Source of the DNA: Massalongia carnosa
Taxonomy: Eukaryota
Length of the DNA: 64,000 bases
NCBI GenBank assembly: GCA_965645245.1
Contig: OZ287068.1
Location: 1,984,001-2,048,000 of the forward strand
Reading direction: 5' to 3'
Below the pieces are notes generated by a model. The model was not told the DNA's origin and searched no databases. It saw nothing but the letters and a program-made list of their open reading frames with translations. The position numbers and the translations under genes are program-made. Below, piece after piece: positions 37,766 through 49,445 of the stretch (within the stretch, counting starts at the first letter, position 1; each line of letters begins with the position of its first letter).

Positions 37766-38806
37766 AGGGGGCTGGAGTGGGGGCTAAGGTTTTGGGGATT
37801 GAGAGAGGATTGGGAAACTAGCAAGGGCGAGAGAAGGGGAGACTTGACGATGATAAATATTCATGTGATCGATGAACCGGGAGGATGATAGATAGAAAAT
37901 TTTATGAATTGCTGGAGCTTTCTAGCCCTCGCTCGCCCTTTCCTTAATAGAGATCCTCAGGGGTTGATCGCCGGTTAACTCTCTTTCCTTCCTCACCCCT
38001 TTTCATATGTCATATCTCGTTCATTTTTCCTCTCTAACCCCCCTCCCTTCTTCCCTTAAAATCAATAATCCCCTCTTCCAACTCCTTTCATCCGTTTTTC
38101 AAAAATACACCCTTCCCCCAACCCCTTCTCCCCCCAATACCATCCCCCCATTCATTGATACATAGGTAATGCCACCACACCACCTACTACTTAAAATAAC
38201 CGGGGATGGGTGGTGATAACTATCTCTAGTAGTAAGATCTACATGTAACAACTAGTATGGTAAGCTTCTGTCCGCAGCTGCTGTTGAGGGTGAGAAACAA
38301 AGAGAAGAGAGAGGTGGCTGAGAAATGGGGGATGGGAATGGAAGAAAGAGAGAGATGTGGGGGATATGGAATATTTCAAATCGCAATAGGAAAGGGGGGT
38401 TAGGGAGTGAAGTGTTGGAAATATATTTTTTTTAAAAAAAAGGAAAAAATAAAAGATGGATCAAAGAAAAAATGAAGAGGAGAATAAGAATAGAGACAAG
38501 TATGGAGACGGAGACGAGGGTGTTCGGAAACGACATACCTGCTCTATATGTGTACATGTACATGAGAACAGGGGATCAGAAAGGGGGCTCAGTTGATCTA
38601 GAGTGTGGCGGGATAGATAGATGTGGGGGGGGGGGGGGGGGGGGAGGAGTGAACAGACAGACAAATACCAAACAAACAGTTCGAGGTGCGACCGCTTCGT
38701 GATCGGAAATACAAGTATAGGTACTCCTAGTTCTATTGCTAAGACGCGAACCGACCGACCGGTATAACCAAATAGTAGAGAGCGCAACGACCACGACACC
38801 GCCAAA

Positions 38807-40134
38807 CTAACCCTCCACCTTCCTCTCCTTCGCCCTCGCCCCCTCCACCTCCGTCACCTCGGCCGGAAAGACCCTCTTCGAGACCCTTGGCAAACGGGCG
38901 CGAGCCGCCTGCCTCGCCTCCTGTGCCAGCAGCGCGTCCATCAGCACCAGCGCGGCCATGGCCTCCACGATAGGCACGGCGCGCGGGACGACGCACGGGT
39001 CGTGGCGGCCCTTGGCCTCGAGCACGCCGGCCTGGCTGTCGTACATGGCCGTCTGCTGGGCTTGGCCGATGGTGGCGGGCGGCTTGAAGGCGACACGGAA
39101 GTAGATGGGCGCGCCATTGGTGATGCCGCCTTGAATGCCGCCGGAGTTGTTGGTCTTGGTCGTGAGGCGCGGGCGGCCGTCATGGTGGGAGGCGGTGCCG
39201 CTGCCGTTGACGATGGGAGGGGAGGAGACGAAGGCGTCGTTGTGGATGGACCCTGGGACCTCGCAGCCGCCGAAGCCGGAGCCGATCTCGAACCCTTTGG
39301 TCGCGGGAATGCTGAGCATGGCGTGCGCGAGCATGGCTTCTAGTTTGTCGAAGCACGGCTCCCCTAACCCTAGGGGTGCGTTTCGGATCACGCACGTCAC
39401 AGTACCGCCGATGCTATCCTTGGCGTCGCGGTAATGGGCGATTTTCTCGGCCATACGCTCGGAGGCGGAGGCGTCGGGGCAGCGTACAGGTAGGAAGCTG
39501 TCGACTTCCGCGCGGGTGATGGTCGAGAGTAGGGAGAGGTAAACTGGGTTGGTGGCTGCGGTTGGGTGGGTTTGGGTTGGAGGGAAGAGATGTTCGTTGC
39601 CGACGGAGGAAACGAAAGAGACGATCTCAACGCCATGGGCGAGGGCCAGATATTTTTCCGCAATGGCTCCCGCAGCCACGCGGCCGATGGTTTCTCGGGC
39701 ACTGCTTCGACCGCCGCCGCTGCTGGCCTTGACGCCGTATTTTTCCTGGTAGGTGTAATCTGCGTGGCTGGGGCGGGGGAACATATCCATTGTGCTGCCT
39801 CCATAATCCTTGGGTCTTTGGTCTTCGTTCTGCACCACAAGGCCTATGGGGGTGCCGAGAGTGATGCCGAATTCGGTGCCGGATTGGATTTGCACGCGAT
39901 CTTTCTCGTCGCGGGGGGTGGTGAGTGCACTTTGACCGGGGCGGCGGCGGGTCATTTGTGGTTGGATATCGGCTTCTGTCAGCTCCATCCCTGGAGGACA
40001 GCCATCGACTATGGCTCCCACCGAGCGACAATGGGATTCACCGTAGCTTGGACGAGTCAGTAGGAACTTTGGGTGTAAGATTGGAGGATCATGACATACG
40101 TGGTGACCCTGAAATACTCGCCAAAGGTTGACAT
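38807..40134 (-). CDS. ARO2: Chorismate synthase (2 exons)
   Basis: [80 protein letters not shown]. Confidence 0.98.
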
Positions 40135-40710
40135 GGTGAACAGGAAGACTGAGAATGCTGAATGAAACCACGAAGAAAATGGGGTTCACAGGTCTCGCTG
40201 GCCTTGTGGTGGAAAGAGAAATTAGTATTTATAAAACAATGCTGTCTGTGGACATTGGGGGGTTGTGAAGCGCTATGATGAATATTGAATAATCAGACAT
40301 AGTATTGTTCTGTGAAATCAAGGTAGTTTTTGTATTACACGACCAGGAAATAGGCTTAGAAGCGGCCACTTTTCGAAGACTCAACATCCTTGTGCTTACG
40401 GCGGAGATGATGTCGGATTTGATCCTGTTTTGAGTCGGGGTCCAACACCCCGTACTCTGTATGTTGATGAAATATGGCCCTCATGCACGCCCAATGACAC
40501 ATAGTCCGAGTTCTGACCATATTATACTCGTATGCGTGTCGGCTGAACGCTGATTTGCGGTCAATCTCGGCCCCCGTTCCTTTCAGCCCTACTCGGCACT
40601 CTTCCTTTCCAAGTTCACATTGCTACTCTACGCTCTACAGAGTACCTACACAGAGTACCTACTCTGCATGTTCTTCACTCTCTGGCCACTCTCTACTTCT
40701 ACGTCAAGAT

Positions 40711-42218
40711 ATGCTTCTGAAGTCTGGCTTCTCATCCATCCGTCGCTCACTAGGGTGGAAGTCTCAACAGTCCCTATTCCCTAATGTGTCAAACTATCAC
40801 TCATTCACCACACCCGTTTTCAAAGAGACCGTCATAGACCCCAAAGCTAAATTTCAAATATACCTCTCTCGTTCCCGAGACCCGTATGTGAATCTTTCAA
40901 TCGAGCATTTTCTGCTGCAAAAATCCTCCCCAGATTCAACCATTCTTTTTGTGTACATCAATAGTCCGTGCGTAGTCATGGGGAGAAATCAAAACCCTTG
41001 GCTGGAAACGAACTTAAGATTAATGAGAGAGACTCCTGTAATCGGACTTGTAAATCATCAGGAAGGCTGGGAAAACGTGCAGCTGGTTAGAAGAAGATCT
41101 GGAGGTGGCACCGTCTTTCATGATTATGGCAATGTCAATTACTGTGTGATATGCCCAACGGCAAGCTTCACCCGTGATAAGCATGCAGAAATGGTAACAC
41201 GAGCGCTACGACGGCAAACCCCACGTGCGCGTGTCAATGAGAGACATGATATTGTGCTTGATCAAGATTCTCTCGAAGAAGGCCATCAGCCAGACCCCTC
41301 GGACATGCATCATACGGGGTACCATCGCGAAGGCGAAAGTCCTCTGCCATTGAAAGTATCAGGATCAGCGTATAAGCTGATTAGACAGAGATCACTTCAT
41401 CATGGAACATGTCTGCTTGCGTCGTGGAACATTGATCACATGTCTGATTACTTACGTTCTCCCGCGCAGCCCTTCATAAAAGCAAGAGGAGTGGATAGCG
41501 TCCATTCGCCTGTAGCAAATATACATGATGGCTTTGAATTCGATAGAAAGGAAATCACTGATGCGTTTCAGATCCACGTAGCAGAGGCTTTTGCGGACAT
41601 GTATGATCTTGACAAGACCGGCCTCTCTCGGCTGGGGAGCCCGAACGACGAGACCAATGCGCAGGTGAGCATGCAATACATGTGCGGTTTCGTAGGTGAT
41701 GAGGTCGCAAAGATGCCGGAAATCAGTCATGGAATAGGAGAGCTCAAGGTCGGATTCTGATACATCAAATCTGCTGCCTCCTCTGCTGATCATGACAACT
41801 TGTAGTCTCTCAACTGGATTTTTGGTCAAACGCCTCAATTCACTCTATCCAGCCATCCAATCGAGGAAGATGAACGAGTACGGCCTCCACTACCCAAAGA
41901 ACTCCCTCCGTCGGTATGGTTGCACTTTCCCACAACTGATCCCTAAAAGGAAAACCTAATAATTGGAACCGTCAGGCTCGGGTATATCTAAACATCCGAA
42001 GTGGAATAATTATCTCCAGCAGAATATCATTTTCTTCCGATCCAGGCACCGCTAGGGCCGAAGCTGAAAGGTTCGACCTCGTTCTCAAGGGACAAAATGT
42101 GCAGCAAATTCGAGATTTCGGAAAGACCCTTGAAAGCGACAACTATCCTGGAAACTCTCAAGAGTTGTCGGCATTGGCAGCTTGGCTCGACATGGTCTTT
42201 GGTAATTCTGGCCGGTAA
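40711..42218 (+). CDS. Lipoate-protein ligase A family, mitochondrial (Lip3/Aim22-like; 3 exons)
   Basis: [66 protein letters not shown]. Downstream exons [12 protein letters not shown] and [10 protein letters not shown]...WLDMVFG. Confidence 0.93.
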
Positions 42219-42297
42219 TAGATCGAAGGAAAGGTCCCGGAAGAATTATTTCTTCAGTAGATGTTGTCAGAGATGGTTGTTGGACTTCTTCCATGCT

Positions 42298-43614
42298 TCA
42301 TTTTATTTTCACCAACTTCTCCAGGTGCTCCATCATATCCTTGACAGAGGTGAAGGCAAGTGTAAGCCGTGTGATCCGCTCTTCCCATTCGGCTTGTAGC
42401 TGTGTTCTCGTCCGTCCATTCTTCCTAATGATCGACTCGAGTTCCGGAAACAGCTGTTTTGTAGCTGGATTCGCTAGAAAATAGTCCAGGACTTTGGATT
42501 CTTCCCGACTCGCTACAAAGTACGCGGCTCTCACCGCCGTCCTGGTGTATTCGTACCGTCTCATGTCAGGAAACTCGTGAATATGGTCTCTTCCGTACTC
42601 CCAAGCTACTTTGCTCGTACCGGCCCATATCATCAACGTGGTTCCAATCATGTCTCGCAATCTAAACAGTTCGGGCTTCATAATGTGGATTTCTTGGCAG
42701 GTATATCCAAGATCAAAAATTGATTGGCGAACGGGCACTGGAAGGGCTTCAGGCACTCGACAGCCGGCGTAGGTGACATCGGCCGCGAGAGGAGGAACTT
42801 CGGGCTCTTCAACGCGAACAAGCTTATTCACCGCTCGAATTTCCTTGATTGCAAGCCCGCCAAGGCGTTTCTGATCCGCCAATACGGCCTTGATATCACG
42901 CTTTCTCCGTTGCGGTGGCTTCTCCACACTTCCATCGGACAACATAATGTTCCTTGGGTCTTTGAACATGTGCCGCAAGGTTGGTGGATCCTTCTTCACC
43001 TGACTTCCTGCCCACGCCTCCGCTTTATATCGAACGTGCCTGCAGTCTTCCTCGAAAAAGCTAAACCTCTTTTCTAAATTTAGCAGCTGAACGATGCACA
43101 CGGCGTGATTGAGTATCTCGTTCCACTGCTCATACCGCCCAATCGTACACACCAGCTCTGCCTTTAGACTATCCGCAAGATTTAATCTCGCATTTTTTAC
43201 CCTTACCGCCTCGACCACCCGCCTGGTGAGCACTTCCTGCTTGGTGAAATACATTCGGTTGAAGTACCCGAACGAGCTCTCAATATGCTGCAACGTCGCC
43301 TCAATATCAACCAGCTTGAAAGTGCTAGCGATGTTATTCCGGTCGCTTTGAACCGCAGCTGTCTTCTCCTCCTGCGCACACTGCGCCTTGAGCGACCTGA
43401 TCAATTGCTCAAACGTGTAACAAGCAGCTCCCATGTTGAGACCGTCGTCGCCGGTTGATGATGGATGGGAGAGTCTGGTGCTCTTGGAACGGTGCGCGGC
43501 GCCGGTGAAGGAGCCTTCGCAAGCTTCGTTGACGCAGGGGCAGTAAATGGCGGAGACTTGCCCGAAGAAGACTTGTGTGTAGACTTTTTCGCGATAATCC
43601 TTTTTCGTCCGCAT
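42298..43614 (-). CDS. Hypothetical protein (438 aa, intronless, probably helical)
   Basis: Long uninterrupted ORF with protein-like composition, ending about 80 bp from the lipoate ligase stop. No family recognised. Confidence 0.7.
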   Translation of the reverse strand: MRTKKDYREKVYTQVFFGQVSAIYCPCVNEACEGSFTGAAHRSKSTRLSHPSSTGDDGLNMGAACYTFEQLIRSLKAQCAQEEKTAAVQSDRNNIASTFKLVDIEATLQHIESSFGYFNRMYFTKQEVLTRRVVEAVRVKNARLNLADSLKAELVCTIGRYEQWNEILNHAVCIVQLLNLEKRFSFFEEDCRHVRYKAEAWAGSQVKKDPPTLRHMFKDPRNIMLSDGSVEKPPQRRKRDIKAVLADQKRLGGLAIKEIRAVNKLVRVEEPEVPPLAADVTYAGCRVPEALPVPVRQSIFDLGYTCQEIHIMKPELFRLRDMIGTTLMIWAGTSKVAWEYGRDHIHEFPDMRRYEYTRTAVRAAYFVASREESKVLDYFLANPATKQLFPELESIIRKNGRTRTQLQAEWEERITRLTLAFTSVKDMMEHLEKLVKIK

Positions 43615-45542
43615 GGTGGTCAGAGAATGGACATGCTATTGAGGAGGGTATGAAGGAGGGAGGAATGGGGGTGTCCCTAGCAGTATGAAAGGATTCGGGA
43701 CTCGTGTGTGTGGCAAGATGTTGATGGACCGCTGATAATGATTCCAAAACGAGAACCTTAAGTTTTGTTAACAAAAACGACGAATCTCAAGACCAGAGAA
43801 AGTGTTCCCGTTGCCATTTTTACATTGGAGCTGAGTGTTGAGCTTTCCATGACAGATATATCGCGTCATTTGCCTAATTCCCTTGAAGCGATATAATGTC
43901 TATACAATAAACCCCTCTTTCCTTTTCTTTCCAAAATCTCATCACAATCGTCAACAAGAAACCAATGAAAAGCTATCCCAATATGCTACATACCGTTCAC
44001 TCTCATACATAATCTCATATTCTTCTTTTTCTAATAATGTCCCTCCCCTTAGACAAATATAATTCCCTCTATGTCGACGTGCGACTCCATCATCCTCCTG
44101 CTCCCCTTCAATTTCCCCCCTCCCTTCCCCCCTCTAAACAACATACCCACCCATCTACCTACCTATCTATCCAAGCCACCAGAACCCTATTCTCGGGCAC
44201 CGAAACTTAGGATTTGAAAGAAAGATATCTTTCTTAGCTGCCCGTGTACCTGCCTGCTTCTGCTTTTCGCAGACCTACGTACTGTACCGTACCGTAACGT
44301 CCTCTAGGTAGGGAGCTGGTGGGTGGGTGAGAATTTTTCGTGAAAATACGAGTAGTGGTAGAATGGTTTTCTCTTTTTGGGGGGGGGGGGGTCCGGTTTA
44401 TTTTTGAGGAGGAGGTTTTGAGGGGGGTGAGGGTGAGTTGAGGAATTAGATGGATGGATGGATGAATAGATGGATAGATAGATGAATAAGTTCTATTATA
44501 GAAAGGGATCCGGTTTTTTTTTAAAAAAAAAAAGACGACAAAAAAAGAGACAGAAAATATGCTTTTCGTTCACTACTAGCCATACTTCCTTCTCCGCTAT
44601 TATCAATCACCCACACATATATTCATTCACCCGTCAAAGTCCAGGTTGACCCCTTTCGTTTATTAAGATCGGAAATCAAGTTCTCTTTTCTATCTACGTA
44701 ACGCTTCCCTGTAGGAGGTTATGCTCTGCGGGCTCCGCGCCTCCCGGTAAGGGGTGGGGTTTTCCTTCTCCTTTTTCCTTTATTTAATTTTTTCCGAGTC
44801 GGGGAGAGGAAGGGACGGGAAAAGTTAGTTAGGCACTGGGGATTAAAAAATTGGGCGCTGGAAATGCTCGAGTAGGTGCTGGACAGGGGAAGATGATGGG
44901 GGGCGGGAAAGTTATAGAGGAGAAGGAGGGACTAGGAAGTGGTAAGGTTTTCCGAAGGCTTCAGGAAACAGAACCTCGCTTCTTTCGCGGAATTTTCTCC
45001 CCTGATGTCAAGGCTCGAGAACTGGGAGGAGAGGTTTATCCTGTAGTGGAGATAGAAAATGGAGATGGGAGGGAAAGAAAAAAGTACTCGTGTTTGGTTT
45101 TGGGGTAAAGGGGGAGGAGGGAGTAGCGAACAGCCAACCAGGCAATGCAGCAGCTACTCATGAAACAATCAGAAACCGGACAGCTGAGGAAATGGGATAC
45201 TGCCTCTTTAACATTCATGGTTTTTGGGTAATGTGTCGCCTGCTGGCAGGGCTTGCCGGTTGGGGGGATTGAGAATGTGGAATTTCGCAGGGTAAATTTG
45301 GAGAAGAACGTGCCATGGGGAGGTTCTCGGGGGGTGGGGGGGAGTGGTGAGGTGGGGTAGGTAATAGGTTTTTCGTTATTTTCTTGGGGGTTCTGAGCAG
45401 CTGTAAACCTAGTTAGCGAGGTAGCAACTGGAACATTAGGAGAGCTGAGTTTTTTCCAAGTATGAATGTAAATCGTTCGATCTATCCACCAGCCAAGCAG
45501 AAAACAAATTAATTGACCAGTCACTCCGCCGTGCTGGCACCT

Positions 45543-46303
45543 TCATCCCTCAGCAACAACCTCAACCTCAATCTCCTCCTCCCCAATACCCCTCTTTACC
45601 TCCTCCAATATCTCCACAGTAGCCGTACCACCCACCCTCGTCACCCCCAACGCTTTGATCCGGATCAAGTCGTTCAACGTCCTGACTCCGCCCGCGGCCT
45701 TGATCTGCACCCCGTCCCTGCAAACTTTGCCCATAAGCCTCATATGCGGCATGGTGGCGCCCTCGTAGCTGTATAAGCCATCATCTCGCTTCACGAAGCC
45801 ATACCCCGTACTCGTCTTTACAAATGCTACGCCAACCCGCGTGTAGATCTCACAGAGCGTGATGATTTCGTGGTCCCGCATGTAGTCGTTCTCGAAAATC
45901 ACCTTCAACAGTACACCCCGAGCGACGACCGCTGCATTGACTCTCTGGATCTCCTCTTCAACGTAGGTCCAGTCTCCCCAAGCGCTTTCCCAATGTTGAT
46001 CACCATGTCAACCTTGTGTGCTCCGCTATCGACGGCCTCGGCGGCTTTGAAGACTTTGGTTGCCGTGGTGCTGTTTCCATGCGGGAAGCCGATAACGGGG
46101 CAGATCTGCGCGAAGGTGCCAGCGATGGCTTTGCGTGCTTGGGCAATGGCATAGGGTTTTATGCAGGCCGTTGCAATGTTACATTTAGCGGCGGTTGCAA
46201 GACCCGCGACGATGGAGGCATCGGTCATGGTTAGGTGGAGGAGCGAGTGGTCGATCATTTTAGCAAGGGGAGGGAGACTGGTTTTCAGGGTTTGGGAGGA
46301 CAT
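45543..46303 (-). pseudogene. deoC: Deoxyribose-phosphate aldolase (DERA/DeoC) split by a 1-nt frameshift
   Basis: MIDHSLL, VIGFPHG, DMVINIG in one frame; LKVIFENDY, FVKTSTGY, IKAAGGVR, TRVG in the next. One extra G in the GGGG run near 45977-45980 would restore ALGGDWTYVEEEI. Confidence 0.85.
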
Positions 46304-46904
46304 TCTTGCTACTGTTGTGGTAGGGATATTTGAAACGGTAAAAGTGACTGAACATTGCCAGATAACTTATTAGAATGTTGAGAAAAAGGGAGAGAAACCG
46401 AGACCTAAAGGTCATTTATATATTCTGCCAGTAGCCGTTTGTTCAAGTCGGATCGAGGTCCATCATTTGGCTGCCCGCAACTCGTCTTAATTTGGATGAC
46501 TTACGCCTGCAACATTTGTACTCGCAAAGCGGATCATACACCAGCCCGATAAGGAGTGTATACATGCACGTCGGTGAGCAGTCTTCAGCCGAAGTCCATC
46601 TGTCCAACGTGATGAGCTAGTTTCTCTCAAGATAAACGAATGCGAATGCGAATGCGAATACGGTTAGTTGCGACAGCGAAGCGCCAGCTTAGGCCAAAGT
46701 AATCACTTTTCAAAACTGATAGATTTTCACCTCCTTCCGTTTACGGATTTCTTCTCGGCTTGATTGAGCTATTGATTATTTTCAACTGTAGCTATAGATT
46801 GTGATCTTTCCCAACGTAAGCATTCATCCACAAGAAAATACCTGATCGTCAGGCTGGCTCCAATATTACGAGTATTTTAACATTGAGAAAGATTTGATAG
46901 CATA

Positions 46905-48557
46905 ATGCCCTCGAACGAGACCATTGATAAAGCTTTTGCGCAACAAAAGAGTCTGAAGAAGCGAACTTACGCGGCTATAGGTATGTTCACTATCTAGCCC
47001 TGTTCATGATGTGAACATAAGTACAAACTTCTAGGACATATTTCAAAATATCATTTTCTAGAAGTGCAAAATTTAGCCAGCTGATTTATATTGTAAAACG
47101 TTGTAGCTGAAAACTCGAATTTGGAGCCTCTGTTTGTAGATATTGCTAGATTTATTCAGGATGTGTGCGCAGAAGGGGCGGCACACATCCAGGCAAACGG
47201 TGATGGGCCAACTTCAAAGAAAAGAAAACTGGACCTATCCCACGACTCCGAAATCCAAGGAGATGGGTCTATGTATGTAGACTGGGCGAGTGATTCTCAC
47301 AGCGTTATCAAAGACATTTCCTTCTCAATACCTCAGCGTAAGAAGCTCACATTGGAGATTGGCAAGCGAGAAGATCAAGGGTTACGTGCAAGGAACCCCC
47401 CCACTGGGGAAGTAGAATTTGTAGTGAGTTGGAAAGATATACGTGAGTGTTCTTATGATAACTCTTTCGTCTCAATAATCTGCAACTCGTGCTAAAACTT
47501 GGCCTTTTCAGAGCATATTGTTTGTCTCCCTGTTCCGGAGAAAGCCCAGGCGCAATACAGCTTTTGCGTCTTTCCCCTACATGGTGATGGGGTGATAGTA
47601 CCTTCAGAAGGTGATGTAGCTGCGGAGCAAATTCTATGGATAGTCCCTATTACTCCCCCCAAGCCCGGCATGATCGAAGCTGGGAAAGCAGCTGCAGATG
47701 AGTCTTACAAAAGTGTGTTGTTAAGATTGTTGAACGAAGGCCTGCGAAGGGTGGGCAAGAAGGTTATAGAACCAAGCGAGAAAGAATTTGCGAGCAAAAC
47801 AGTTCAAGCTTATCGCAACGGAGAGAAGGCCGTTCATGTAAAAGCATTTCGTGGGAGTAAAGAAGGTAGGCCGCTATCATAGTTCTTCCTTATTCAATGT
47901 CAATATTTCACCTTTTAGAATTATTTAGCACAACTTTCTCTTTCATTACATCTCAATGAGTCTTATTAGTGAAGAAGAACCGTCTTCATTTCTATACGCT
48001 AACCATACTGGCCGTCAGGATTTATTTTTTTTCTGCCTACCGGTATCGTTTGGGGATTCAAGAAGCCTCTTTCTTTCTTCGCGTTCGACTATATCGATTC
48101 TTTGTCCTATACATCAGTTTTGCAGCGGACGTTCAATCTAAACGTCATCACCAGGAGTTCCGACTCCGCTGACACAAAAGAGTTTGAATTCTCGATGATT
48201 GATCAGGGAGATTTTGCAGGCATAGATGCGTATGTCAAGAGGCACCAGTTGCAAGATGCTAGTATGGCCGAGGAAAGACGTGCAAAGAAGCTTAATCTAA
48301 ATGGCGTGAAAGGAGAGGATAACGCCGACCAGGACACCAGTGATCAAGAAGGGCATTTGGAGAAAGCTACGAGAGAGGCCGAGGATCTCGAGGATGAAGA
48401 TGAAGAAGAGGATGAAAATTTCGACCCAGGAAGCGAGGGCGAGAGCGAGGGGAGTGAATCTAGTATTGAAGAGGATGATGGTAGTGATGGTGGACCCGAG
48501 GGTAATATCATTCAGGATGAGTTGGGAAGCGAAGCTGAGGAGATGGAGGAGGATTGA
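46905..48557 (+). CDS. RTT106: Histone chaperone Rtt106 (multi-exon)
   Basis: [80 protein letters not shown], then an acidic tail. Confidence 0.92.
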
Positions 48558-49445
48558 TGAATAGGTATTTATTACATACTATGTGACATAATCATCAACT
48601 AAACTGACCTTGGGATTAATATCAGTAGCTAGAGCAACAGGCCGATATTGATGAATAAATAACAGATCTTAACATATTGATCTTCGCATCAAGCCTCGGT
48701 AGGTTGATACTTTGATGAGAAAATTTAGTTAGATATCTAACAACCTAACCATTATTGGAGGCTAATTCTCCAAGGGCTGATCTGGATGGTGCTCCTAGCC
48801 TGACATGAAAGTTTGGTTATAGTTAGAGATCGTGCCACTGGGTAGTCGCTTAGGGTATATATTTTACCATCCATCCACTCAGCACCAGTCACGCCAAAAC
48901 CGTTGAATAAGCTGTTCTTAGCTTTAGTTTCTAGCTCCTAAGACATCTCTTATTTCTCGCATCAATAGCTCGTGTTGCCAATAAGCGAACGCACCGTTCG
49001 CTGGACTTTGCTCTTGAGGAAAATCCGTTGGCGAGCAGTCATGAGCCTGGCCAATCTCCCGTCAAAGAGAAGCCTTATTTTAGCAATCAGGTTAGGTTTC
49101 ACCTTCGCGGGCTATTTTTGCTCAGACTTATTTATTTCTCTACCTTTACCTCAGATCACCACCTTGTGTCTTCTATGTTCATAGACTTTCATATTCTTCA
49201 TCTACCCGATGAAACTTTTTTCGAGCGCCCACAGTCGCCATCATTAAAACACTTCGCTACACTTGATTGAAAGTTTGAGACGACTAGGAGTCATTTCTCG
49301 AATAGCAACGAACAGTCTATCGAGCGAAGTATCAGATTCACATTGCTATCAACCGATTCAGATGTGAATGGATGTCGCTACGACTGATCATATTTCATTC
49401 AAGGTCTTTAGTGAAAACGTGGCATTGGCTCGGGCTTAAATCGTC

